Part shown: positions 50,236 through 59,591 of the stretch, piece by piece
Position numbering within the stretch: position 1 is the first letter of the stretch
How the letters are laid out: each line of letters begins with the position of its first letter
DNA from: an uncultured bacterium
GTDB lineage: Bacteria; Patescibacteriota; Patescibacteriia; UBA9570; XYC2-FULL-38-9
Reading direction: 5' to 3'
Length of the DNA: 64,000 bases
Assembly (NCBI GenBank): GCA_937996685.1
Contig: CALKUP010000006.1
Coordinates: 1 to 64,000 of the forward strand
Translations under genes and position numbers: made by a program
Notes under the pieces: generated by a model
The model's database searches: none
Seen by the model: only the letters and a program-made list of their open reading frames with translations
Told to the model about the DNA's origin: nothing

Positions 50236-50688
50236 TCAGGCGTACGCGACGTCGGAGTTCACACTCAGGACCGCCGAACGAACGGCGGCCACAAGCGCCC
50301 ACTCGGGAACAGTTCCCTCGCCCTGCGGTGTCATCCTTTCGCCCTTCTGGACAAACTCGTGAACGAGTTCGCCATAGCGCCAAAAGGCTTGCTGCGTGGC
50401 GTAGGTCATGGTCCCAGACATCACGATGACTCTTTTGTACGGCGCGCTTTCGCGGCCATCCATGGTCATCGTGCGGTGCAGTTCGTGAAACGAACCGCGT
50501 CCGAGCTCTACATCAGTCACGACGACGTCCACCTGCTCTCTCCCGAGCAGCGTCATTGCTTCCCAGATCGTTCTGGCCACGAACACGTCGTAGCCTTCGG
50601 ATTCCAGGAGGCGCTGCGCCACCAAGAGATTCACAGGTGTGTCATCGATGACTAACACCTTCAACCTCTGTGCTTTTTGTGTATTCAA
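50236..50688 (-). CDS. Stand-alone response-regulator receiver (CheY-like) protein within a GC-rich island
   Basis: Receiver residues: DD (IDDT), phospho-acceptor D (VVTDVEL), S (VIVMSG) and K. ~120-aa REC plus a 30-aa tail. Local GC is about 57% against about 43% in the flanks. Confidence 0.75.
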   Translation of the reverse strand: MNTQKAQRLKVLVIDDTPVNLLVAQRLLESEGYDVFVARTIWEAMTLLGREQVDVVVTDVELGRGSFHELHRTMTMDGRESAPYKRVIVMSGTMTYATQQAFWRYGELVHEFVQKGERMTPQGEGTVPEWALVAAVRSAVLSVNSDVAYA

Positions 50689-50954
50689 CTTCTCCCCCCA
50701 GAGAAGTAAAGGTGAAACTCTTGCGAGTCAGGCCTTTCCTTATCGGGGAAGTCCTACATGTCCACAGACCAGTTGTTTCGGTTTCCCTACTTTAACTGCG
50801 CAACAACGGACTTCACAACCGCATCAGGATTGTGACTTTGTGAGGGAATGTGCCTGAACGAGCAAAAAGCGATGGACGTAAATACCATAAATATATAAAA
50901 ATGTCAATAGCTTTTAGAGCCTTCTGGGATAACTATTGCAAGTAAAACCTAATA

Positions 50955-53753
50955 TTAGCTCAATCTTTCAGCTTGTTTCACGGTCATTTCTCCATTTACA
51001 CCCAATACGACCGTATCGCGGCGTCCTAACTCTTGAGAGAGCATCAGCTTCGCAAGTCCATCATCAACGGTGTCTTGGATCGCACGTTTGAGCGGACGAG
51101 CGCCAAATTGTGGGTCAAATCCACGCTTGGCGATATCAACAACTGCTTCCGGCGGGATCTCCATCACAATCCCTTTTTGCGCCTTTAACTGCGTCGCGAC
51201 CTTTTGCAACATATTATCTGCAATAAAGACCACCTCTTCAAATGTCAGCGGTTTAAAGACAACAATATTATCAAATCGATTTAAAAACTCTGGAGCAAAA
51301 AATTCAAGCAGTGGACCATCCATGAGCTGTGTTTTAATTTGATCTGATGAAAGCCCTGCGTTAAAACCGTTTTGAATCGCGCGCGTTCCGGCATTGGATG
51401 TCGCGATAATCATGATGTTGCTCAAATCAATTGTTCTCCCCTTTCCATCTGTTAACCGGGCGTCATCCATCACTTGCAAAAAGACATTCAAAACATCACG
51501 ATGCGCTTTTTCTAACTCATCGAGCAGCAACAATCCGAACGGCTTTAATCGAACGGCTTCGGTTAAAATTCCTTGTTCGCCATTTGTGCCGATTAATTTA
51601 TAGAGTGATGACGGAGTTTGATATTCACTCATATCAATACGGATCATGTTGTCTTCATTTCCAAAATAAACCTCCGCGATTGTTTTGGCTGTTTCGGTTT
51701 TTCCAACTCCAGTCGGTCCTAAAAATAACAAATTAGCAATTGGACGATGTTGATCTCGCAAACCTTGCCGCGCTCGGCGCAACGCTGACGCCACTGCTTG
51801 CACGGCCTCGTCTTGCCCAATCACACGGTCATGCATGATTTCCTCGAGGTGCAATAATTTTTGGCGTTCATCTTCTGTCACAGCAGAAACTTTGATGTTC
51901 GCTTTTTGTGAAATCACTAACGCAACATCATCTTTTGTCACCATACTATTTGCTCCCTTTTGCGCCTCAACGGCGGACGCAACCTCAGATGCAATGTCTA
52001 ATGCTTTTGCCGGCAAATATCGGTCTTGAATAAACTGCATCGATAAATCAACGGTCGCGGCAATCGCGGCATAGGAAAAGAAGGTGTGATATTTATATTC
52101 CAAACTCCCGGCTTTTGCTTCAACAACTTGAATGGCATCTTCACGAGTCATCTCATTGACTTGGACAACACGAAACCGTCGCAATAGTGGCCCTTTGTTT
52201 TCAATAAATTGTTGATATTCCTGCGTTGTTGTTGTCGCGATCACTTTCACAAGACCTTGCGACATTGCGTTCATTAAAATACCAGACACATCTTCAGAGC
52301 CTGATCCCGATCGCATATTCACTAAATGATGGACATCTTCAATCCCAAGAACAATGTTTCCAGCGCGTGCAATTTCAAAAATCACTTGCTGCATCCGTCC
52401 TTCAACAGCGCCGACTCCACCGGCGTTTGCAATGAGCGCACCTGGATCTAACACCACAAAACGCTTGTCTTGTAATTCCGGCGGAACATCTTCTGATGAC
52501 ATCACTTGGGCAACACCTTCAAACAAGCTGGATTTTCCAGCGCCCGGAGGCCCGACAAGGAGTACATGCGACACTCGGTCACGTAAAATTCTGAGCACTT
52601 GTTCCATTTCGGCTTCACGTCCAATCAACGGAAAAAATCCACCGCTGGCTGCTGTTGCTGTGTAATCACTGGACATTGATTGCAGGAGCGGAGAAGGCCG
52701 CGCAGTCATCGCACGATCCATAATCCCGTTTGGTTTTGACCCGGCTCGAGATTTCCACTCTCGATATCGGTCTTGTAGATTTTTTTGAATATGTATCCAT
52801 TGCACACAAGCCCTGAGCATGTCTTCATCAATTTCTAAATCATCGAAAATTTGAATTGCCCAAGCATCACGCGTTGTGATCATGATAAACAGCTCCATCA
52901 CATCAACATACTGCCGTTTACTTCGGCGGGCTTCTGCAAACGCATAAAATAACACTTGCTTCAATTCAACTCCCATATCCAAACCACCGCCAACCTCAAC
53001 GCCTTCCTTTCCAAATGCGACGCCAATCCGCTGCATCATTGGCTCACGAGCAACGCCCAGTCGCGCTAAAATGATTTTAATCGATGTACTATCTGAAACA
53101 GCTGCCAATAAATGCAACGGCGTCACAACATGATGATTCAACGACCGCGCAAGTGAATACGCAGACTCAATCGCAATAATTGCCTCCTTTGTAAAATACG
53201 GAGCCATATCAACCCGGTGCGATTTTCCTGTGTGATTGTACCCGTTAAATGTCCGGTTTGCTGGATGCTTCCAACTCCCCATTTCTTTCCACGCGTTCAA
53301 AGCCTTTTCAGAATATCGAAACGATTCTTTCGATGCCTTTTCTAAAGACAGTCGATAATACAAGAACAACAACGCGAGCATCCCAATCCAAAACATCGTC
53401 ATCGACAACGACGGCACAAGCAATACATCAAGAATGTCGCCAGCATCTCGTTGATTTACAAAAATCGCAACCGCAAGACCGAGGATGCCAATCATCGCAA
53501 CAAGAAACACAACTAATTGCAATCCAAAGTGCGCATATCGCAATAAGCGGCGCTCTGCAATTCCTGTTGCGGTAATCGGGAGATTCCAATACAGCAAAAT
53601 AGAGTCGAGAATCGCGTACACACTTGGGTTGTTCTCACAATTATGACACGCCACGTGTTGCCGACTTGGCGTTACAGTAAAGCCAAAGCCTTCACATGTT
53701 TCGCATGGAATAAACTGCATTGAGACTGTTGGTTTTTCTGGTGCTAATTCCAT
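50955..53753 (-). CDS. ClpC/ClpB-like class-I double AAA+ unfoldase with N-terminal zinc ribbon and two TM helices
   Basis: CETCEG..x17..CHNCE ribbon and 2 TMs. Clp_N repeats. AAA1 (GPPGAGKS, sensor ATTTT). AAA2 (GPTGVGKTE, LLLLDELEKAH, ATSNAG, GARPLKR). The M domain is short. A possible ClpP loop reads NGF rather than I/VGF. Confidence 0.85.
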   Translation of the reverse strand: MELAPEKPTVSMQFIPCETCEGFGFTVTPSRQHVACHNCENNPSVYAILDSILLYWNLPITATGIAERRLLRYAHFGLQLVVFLVAMIGILGLAVAIFVNQRDAGDILDVLLVPSLSMTMFWIGMLALLFLYYRLSLEKASKESFRYSEKALNAWKEMGSWKHPANRTFNGYNHTGKSHRVDMAPYFTKEAIIAIESAYSLARSLNHHVVTPLHLLAAVSDSTSIKIILARLGVAREPMMQRIGVAFGKEGVEVGGGLDMGVELKQVLFYAFAEARRSKRQYVDVMELFIMITTRDAWAIQIFDDLEIDEDMLRACVQWIHIQKNLQDRYREWKSRAGSKPNGIMDRAMTARPSPLLQSMSSDYTATAASGGFFPLIGREAEMEQVLRILRDRVSHVLLVGPPGAGKSSLFEGVAQVMSSEDVPPELQDKRFVVLDPGALIANAGGVGAVEGRMQQVIFEIARAGNIVLGIEDVHHLVNMRSGSGSEDVSGILMNAMSQGLVKVIATTTTQEYQQFIENKGPLLRRFRVVQVNEMTREDAIQVVEAKAGSLEYKYHTFFSYAAIAATVDLSMQFIQDRYLPAKALDIASEVASAVEAQKGANSMVTKDDVALVISQKANIKVSAVTEDERQKLLHLEEIMHDRVIGQDEAVQAVASALRRARQGLRDQHRPIANLLFLGPTGVGKTETAKTIAEVYFGNEDNMIRIDMSEYQTPSSLYKLIGTNGEQGILTEAVRLKPFGLLLLDELEKAHRDVLNVFLQVMDDARLTDGKGRTIDLSNIMIIATSNAGTRAIQNGFNAGLSSDQIKTQLMDGPLLEFFAPEFLNRFDNIVVFKPLTFEEVVFIADNMLQKVATQLKAQKGIVMEIPPEAVVDIAKRGFDPQFGARPLKRAIQDTVDDGLAKLMLSQELGRRDTVVLGVNGEMTVKQAERLS

Positions 53754-54130
53754 AACGCGAGTGAATCAATAATTCCAACATGAAATAAAATATTCCACAC
53801 AATGGCCACCGGAACAAGAATCCACAACACAAACCCAATCAACAACACAAGCGTATACAGCAATGTCCAAATAGATAAAATCAAAAAATGCGCGAGCCGA
53901 ACATACAAACTAATCAAACGACCGACGATGTCGTTTTGACCGTACATTGGCGTCAGCAAAAAACGAAACAAGATCCGTAGATTATACGCGCGAGCAAATC
54001 CGTGCAATTCTTTTCCAATCAACTGTAATACATTCCATACACCAACTGTATACCACCAGACCGGAAAATACAGCACACTCCATACAATGTCTGTAAAAAT
54101 AAATCGTAATGGTTCAAAAAATGCATTCAT
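53744..54130 (-). CDS. Small polytopic membrane protein (hypothetical), overlaps the start of the ClpC-like gene
   Basis: 128 aa, 3-4 TM helices. Its stop overlaps the downstream AAA+ gene start by 10 nt, so likely translationally coupled. Confidence 0.45.
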   Translation of the reverse strand: MNAFFEPLRFIFTDIVWSVLYFPVWWYTVGVWNVLQLIGKELHGFARAYNLRILFRFLLTPMYGQNDIVGRLISLYVRLAHFLILSIWTLLYTLVLLIGFVLWILVPVAIVWNILFHVGIIDSLALWN

Positions 54131-54172
54131 ACAACTATGAGTATACCATATTTTTTACCGTACTGTGTACTA

Positions 54173-54622
54173 CTACGCAGCCAGCAATCGCGCATCTTCA
54201 AGAAGTGTTTCAAAATATTCTTTTGAAGACGGATATGACAAGCGCTCAAGGACAGCTTGTCCGTCACACCACTCGCCTCCATCCACTTCTGACATATCGA
54301 GCGGTAAACCCGTTTCTTCAATGACACGCATTAAGAAAAAGACAACATGATTTCGGTCACCATTTGGTGCTGTGTATGCATGCTCCGGCAAACGCTTCAC
54401 GATTTCGCATCGAAAACCAGTTTCTTCCAAAACCTCGCGCAATGCCCCTTCTTTCAATGTTTCCCCTGAATCAATATGCCCTTTCGGAAATGACCAATCG
54501 TTGTATCGATGACGATGAATTAAGAAAAATTCGGTGTGCCCACCAACTGTTCGCATGATAATTCCTCCAGCTTTGGTATGTTGTTGTTCATTCATCCCTG
54601 TAGTATACAGGAGTTTACCCAT
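54173..54622 (-). CDS. NUDIX hydrolase
   Basis: Nudix box GHIDSGETLKEGALREVLEETG. Confidence 0.8.
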   Translation of the reverse strand: MGKLLYTTGMNEQQHTKAGGIIMRTVGGHTEFFLIHRHRYNDWSFPKGHIDSGETLKEGALREVLEETGFRCEIVKRLPEHAYTAPNGDRNHVVFFLMRVIEETGLPLDMSEVDGGEWCDGQAVLERLSYPSSKEYFETLLEDARLLAA

Positions 54623-55775
54623 TCAGACGAATCACACGCTCGCAACTCTCAAGTGTACGCTGCGCAAAATGCTCCCATGAAAACCGTTCCGTATTTTTTT
54701 TGCCAAGAAGTTGATACCGCTCACGTAGTTCACGATCTTCAATAATTCCCCGAATTGCTCGACTAAGACTCTTGCTATCAAGCACATCACACCACAATAC
54801 AGAATCATGGAGCGTTTCTTGTAGTGACGAATGAAAGCCAGCGATCACTGGAACGCCATGCATCTGCGCTTCGAGCGGCGGAAATCCAAACCCTTCAAAT
54901 AACGATGGGTAGACGCACACCGTCGCGTTTGCATAGAGTTGTTGCAGGGCAGCATCTGACGCGTAATCAAGCACATGAATCTGCGTATTTCCTTGCACTC
55001 GCTCGGCAATTTCATCAGCTCGATATCCGAACTTTCCAATCAACACAAGCTGCGCTGTCGGGTGTGATTGCTGCAGCTGCGTGAACGCATCAATCAGCGC
55101 GGTCGTGTTCTTTCGTGGTTCAATTGTTCCAACAGCAACAATCGTCGGCTGTCGCGGATCAATGCCATACGTCGCTTGTATATCGACCGGCGCGTCAACA
55201 TCTGATCGAAGTGGAACGCCTGGGTATGTGACACTGATCTGATCTGCAGGCAATGTGTATATCACTTGCGCGTCTGCAAATGTTGCGAGCGAAACAGCCA
55301 CGACTTCAGCGGCGTGATGTAACTGCGCACGCGGCCGCAACAACCAATGACGAACAACGCTTTTCACACTTTGCTCTTCGCTCATGCGCACGAATGAAAA
55401 ATCATGCACCACTTGAATAACGGGAATATCATCAGACAATGGAGTGAACTGCAAATTTGGTTGAATCACCACATCAACATCACCAAATAATTGACGCAAT
55501 GAAGGAAAACCAAAAAACGATGCAGCGGTCAATAGTTTATTTGGTATCGATCGAAACTTCCAGGTAATGTGTGCCGTTTCAGGAATATGCAACTGATCAA
55601 CAATGCGCTTGCGTTCTGCTGGCGCACGCAATGACTGTCCGGAAAAAAACAAAACGAACTCGTAGTTTTCGGGGTCTGCATATTGCAATACCGATTCAAC
55701 GAGTCCTTTTGTATATTGAGACACACCAGATGGGTATGCCTCTTGCAGCGCGCGACAGTCAATACCAATTTTCAT
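54615..55775 (-). CDS. Glycosyltransferase family 4
   Basis: MKIGIDCRAL start and the motif YPSLFEGFGFPPLEAQMHGVPVIAG. The longer ORF to 55835 would overlap the upstream gene. Confidence 0.8.
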   Translation of the reverse strand: MKIGIDCRALQEAYPSGVSQYTKGLVESVLQYADPENYEFVLFFSGQSLRAPAERKRIVDQLHIPETAHITWKFRSIPNKLLTAASFFGFPSLRQLFGDVDVVIQPNLQFTPLSDDIPVIQVVHDFSFVRMSEEQSVKSVVRHWLLRPRAQLHHAAEVVAVSLATFADAQVIYTLPADQISVTYPGVPLRSDVDAPVDIQATYGIDPRQPTIVAVGTIEPRKNTTALIDAFTQLQQSHPTAQLVLIGKFGYRADEIAERVQGNTQIHVLDYASDAALQQLYANATVCVYPSLFEGFGFPPLEAQMHGVPVIAGFHSSLQETLHDSVLWCDVLDSKSLSRAIRGIIEDRELRERYQLLGKKNTERFSWEHFAQRTLESCERVIRLNG

Positions 55776-55791
55776 CAGACCAGTCCCGCAA

Positions 55792-56409
55792 TTATGCTTT
55801 TCCCCCTTCGCGGATATATTGACGAACGTAGACAACGAAGATGCTCAAGAAGAACCCCGCAACAACACCAAGCCCGAGCGCCATCCATTGATTTAACTTG
55901 CCAGCAACAACAACTGGTGTTTGCGCTTTGACAACAAATTGCGTTTGGTCACCAGATTGCACTTGAGACGCTGATTCATCACTCACTGTTTTCGCAACAG
56001 AGTCTGCTAATTTTTTCGCTGTCTCTTCATTAAAGTCATAAAACAATACAACAAATTGTTGACTTGAATATTGTTTCGCTTGAAAACGACCAGTAAATGA
56101 ATTCACTGTTTTAATTGTATATCCTTGACCTGCGTTATCATACACCTTGCCCACAAACGCTGGCGACTTAAACCAACTCATTAAATGCTGTGTAAACAAC
56201 TCAGCACCTTTCAAATCGTAATACGCGCCATATTGATATTCAGGAGATGATGCACGGTTTGCAATTGCAACATCAAACGCAACAACCGCATTGTATTTTG
56301 TTGGCTGAGTGACAGCCCATGCAAACGCACTGATAGCGCACAATAGGGTGAATAAGAGAATAAACCATTGTGATTGCTGAAGGATTTCTTTATGTGTTGT
56401 GACTTTCAT
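55792..56409 (-). CDS. Wzz/CpsC-like polysaccharide chain-length determinant (two-TM, short form)
   Basis: N-terminal TM followed by a PTKY-type motif (QPTKYNAVVAF), a ~130-aa extracytoplasmic domain, and a C-terminal TM. Confidence 0.45.
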   Translation of the reverse strand: MKVTTHKEILQQSQWFILLFTLLCAISAFAWAVTQPTKYNAVVAFDVAIANRASSPEYQYGAYYDLKGAELFTQHLMSWFKSPAFVGKVYDNAGQGYTIKTVNSFTGRFQAKQYSSQQFVVLFYDFNEETAKKLADSVAKTVSDESASQVQSGDQTQFVVKAQTPVVVAGKLNQWMALGLGVVAGFFLSIFVVYVRQYIREGGKA

Positions 56410-56423
56410 ATATATAAATGCAA

Positions 56424-57539
56424 TTAAGTAGTTTTTTGAAATGCGTTGTAGCTCTCTGTCACAAATGACTCTATTTCATTTGTAAACCGCTCGAGACTAA
56501 AGGTCAAGGCGCGCTCTCGAATCACAGCTGGATCATACCGCATTGGATCAAAATCAATCAAGAGATTCGCAAGATCCTCCCAACTTTGATGCGCCATCAA
56601 TTCTCCGTGAACACCTGGGACAACAATCTCTTTTGCACCAGCTTTATTCAACCCAATCACTGGACGACCAGCTGCAAGCGCTTCAATCATCGTGATGCCA
56701 AAATCTTCTTCTTGTGGATTAATGAACGCGAGACAATGTTCAAACAACGCTTTTCGCTCGGCATCTGGAACACGTCCAAGAAATTCAATATTCGCATTGT
56801 TCCCGGCTTGTCGTTTCAGATCGGCAAGCGCTGGACCAGATCCAAAAATTTTCAACTTCTTCCCGGTCTTCATACAAGCCTCAACAATTAAATCAAATCG
56901 TTTATACGGAACCAGTCGTCCGCCTGCTAAATAATAATCACCTACCTCTTCTTTTGACACAGGGGTAAAATCCGCAACATCAACTGGCGGATAAATCACA
57001 ACACTGTCGCGTTTGTAATATTTCCGTAACCGCTTTTCAACAGCGTTTGAATTTGTAATAAAGTAATCAACGCGGTCTGACGCTAAACGATCCCACATAC
57101 GAATCCGTGTCAGCAATAATTGCAAAATGTTTTTGACAAATCGATTCCCAGACATATCAGTCACATATGAATGCGTGTCACTCCACAAAAAACGCGTCGG
57201 TGTGTGGCAATATGAAATATGCACTGTTTCCGGACGCGTGATCACCCCTTTCGCGAACGAAGAGGTCGTTGACAGCACGACATCAAATTCAGACAAATCA
57301 TAACTCTCGACCGCCGTTGGCATGAGGGGAAAATACCATTGATATTTTTTGACACCAAGCGGGAGACGTTGAATAAATGATGTTCGAATATCTTTTTTCA
57401 AAAAATATGGATGGGCGTGCTTTGGATCATGCACAACAACATACACCGGCGCATCAGGCCAAATCTCACAAAAGGCACGCAACACATTTTCAGCGCCACC
57501 GTCTTGCGCAAGATGATCATGAACTAAAGCAATTTTCAT
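56424..57539 (-). CDS. Glycosyltransferase family 4
   Basis: MKIALVHDHLAQDGGAENV start and a GT-B C-terminal EX7E region. Confidence 0.8.
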   Translation of the reverse strand: MKIALVHDHLAQDGGAENVLRAFCEIWPDAPVYVVVHDPKHAHPYFLKKDIRTSFIQRLPLGVKKYQWYFPLMPTAVESYDLSEFDVVLSTTSSFAKGVITRPETVHISYCHTPTRFLWSDTHSYVTDMSGNRFVKNILQLLLTRIRMWDRLASDRVDYFITNSNAVEKRLRKYYKRDSVVIYPPVDVADFTPVSKEEVGDYYLAGGRLVPYKRFDLIVEACMKTGKKLKIFGSGPALADLKRQAGNNANIEFLGRVPDAERKALFEHCLAFINPQEEDFGITMIEALAAGRPVIGLNKAGAKEIVVPGVHGELMAHQSWEDLANLLIDFDPMRYDPAVIRERALTFSLERFTNEIESFVTESYNAFQKTT

Positions 57540-57543
57540 ACGT

Positions 57544-58962
57544 CTATAATGTGTTTCGTTTTTTTAATAACGCGAAGGGTGTTTTTAATACAATAATCAC
57601 ATCCAGCCACAATGCCCAGTGTTCCATATAATATGTATCCAATCGCACCTCATCTTCAAAATCGAGGTCAGATCGCCCAGTCACTTGCGCGAGCCCGGTA
57701 ATTCCCGGCTTCATATATAATACACGTTTATGATGTTTTTGGTATTGCGCCACTTCTTCCGGCAAATGTGGACGCGGCCCCACCAAACTCATATCCCCTT
57801 TTAATACTAAGAAAAATTCTGGTAATTCATCAATACTAAACCGACGAATAAACGAACCAACCCGCGTCACTCGAGGATCATCGATAATTTTCACCATTGG
57901 CGATCCTTTTCGGGCATTGCGTTCTTGCAACTGCTCGTCATAACGCAGCGAATCGGTGTTTTGTTTCATTGAGCGAAATTTGAAATACCCAAACGGTTTG
58001 CCATATTGTCCAATCCGTTTTAACGAAGTGCCGTCATCTTTCTTGCTGAAAAAAATCGGGAAACCAGAATCAATAACAATCGCAACAGCCGCAGCGAGCA
58101 TAATTGGAGATGATGCAATAATCAAAAACAGACTCCCAACAATATCAAATAATCGTTTCAAAATTCTTCCCCACCCTTCGAGCGGTGTTTTTTTCACTTC
58201 GACAATTGGAATTCCTCCGATTGGTGCAATCGAAATTGTGCCGACCGGCATCTCAGCAATGGACGCGGCATATTTAAACACCAAATGATACTCATCACAA
58301 AAATCAACGAGCCGTTTCATGGTTTCACGATCCGATCCTCCGTCAGTCAATAACAGCTCTTCAATGTCTCGTGTCTCCGCCAGCGCTTGCAACTCACGTT
58401 CTACTTCGACCGTAAAGCTATTGTATGATTTTTGAATCGCATATCCGAGTGTTGGTTTTTGCGCAAACTCTTCACGAATCACATTCGCAATGTGTCCTTC
58501 CCCAATTAACGCAACCCGTGTTAAACCAATCCCTTTTGTAAACAGACGTCGCTCAATCACAATGACAGCGATGCGGAACAACAAAACGTATACTAAAGAA
58601 AAAACAAACGCCGTTAAAATAATAAACCGAGATGAAAATAAATCACGATTGACGAAGACGAGTACAATCACTGTCAGCACGCCCGTTGCGCACGACACGA
58701 ATACTTTTCGAATTTCATCAATGATCCGACGGTTGCCATCGATTTGATACAAGCCGTTCCACCAAAAAATCACAATCCAGAGAGCAGCCACAAGCAGCAA
58801 TGCTGTAATAAATTGCTGACGTGGGATTGCGTAAATCGCCGGAGGCAGTTGCTCAATACTTTCGTTAAAACGAACAGCGTACGCCGTTAAACCTGCGAGT
58901 ACGATAAAAAAATAATCAAATGGAACCAACAAGACGCTGAGAGCGAGTTCAATTTTTTTCAT
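57544..58962 (-). CDS. Polyprenyl-phosphate hexose-1-phosphate transferase (WbaP/CpsE-like bacterial sugar transferase), priming enzyme
   Basis: Five N-terminal TMs and the C-terminal Bac_transf domain: KRLFDIVGSLFLIIASSPIMLAAA...FKFRSM...DELPEFFLVLKGDMSLVGPRP. Confidence 0.85.
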   Translation of the reverse strand: MKKIELALSVLLVPFDYFFIVLAGLTAYAVRFNESIEQLPPAIYAIPRQQFITALLLVAALWIVIFWWNGLYQIDGNRRIIDEIRKVFVSCATGVLTVIVLVFVNRDLFSSRFIILTAFVFSLVYVLLFRIAVIVIERRLFTKGIGLTRVALIGEGHIANVIREEFAQKPTLGYAIQKSYNSFTVEVERELQALAETRDIEELLLTDGGSDRETMKRLVDFCDEYHLVFKYAASIAEMPVGTISIAPIGGIPIVEVKKTPLEGWGRILKRLFDIVGSLFLIIASSPIMLAAAVAIVIDSGFPIFFSKKDDGTSLKRIGQYGKPFGYFKFRSMKQNTDSLRYDEQLQERNARKGSPMVKIIDDPRVTRVGSFIRRFSIDELPEFFLVLKGDMSLVGPRPHLPEEVAQYQKHHKRVLYMKPGITGLAQVTGRSDLDFEDEVRLDTYYMEHWALWLDVIIVLKTPFALLKKRNTL

Positions 58963-58984
58963 AGTCTGTCTGTTGTGCTTATGT

Positions 58985-59445
58985 GTGTTCTGTATGGCCC
59001 CTCTATAAGCCGGCTTCTGTTTCTGTTACCGAAGTAGCAGATGATAGCTATCTCTCTATGAGCTATTGTCGCCAATAACTTCGTGCTCCAATTACTGGAT
59101 TGCACCGAACAGGGTTTACCATCAAACGTTGTCACCAACGCTGAAATTTTGTCGCTCTACCCGAAAGTAGAACCATCAAAATACTTTTCACCTTTGACTC
59201 CGCAGGAGTCATCCTGAGTACATCGAAGGATCCTTCGACTCGCTTCACTCTCTCAGGATAGCTCCTACGGAGCTAGTATTGTCTCTGTGGCACTTTCCCT
59301 CGATTTATACAATAGGCGCAGAAATTTCTTTGGTGCGTCTATTATAGTATACGGGTTGCCGTTAGCAACTGTCCTTGACCGGTCTCTATTGCTAGAGGCC
59401 GAGGTGGCCAGACTTTCCTCTCTTTATAGCCAGTAAACCGACTAT
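58985..59445 (-). ncRNA. rnpB: RNase P RNA (bacterial type), minus strand; boundaries approximate
   Basis: On the minus strand: P4 5'-strand GAGAGGAAAGUCUGGCC (59421-59405), GGGAAAGUGCCACAGAGAC (59299-59281), GGUAAACCC (59120-59112), P4 3'-strand ACAGAAGCCGGCUUAUA (59020-59004). Order and ~400-nt spacing fit rnpB. No protein-like ORF here. Confidence 0.6.
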
Positions 59446-59591
59446 ATTGAGCAGCTATCCAAAGAACCAGTACAGCGCACACATAAGCACAATTCGATAC
59501 AATATACGTTTTTTCGACTTGTCTGTGCTGGATGAACATACAATATTTTAAGCGATTAGTCAATATTTTTTGTTGTGATATACTACAGGAT

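Noticed and set aside
50162-50383. Two ~65-aa ORFs on either strand at the 3' end of the receiver-domain gene
   Set aside because: They overlap the receiver-domain coding sequence and are Arg/Gly-rich, which is a GC-skew artefact of the GC-rich island.
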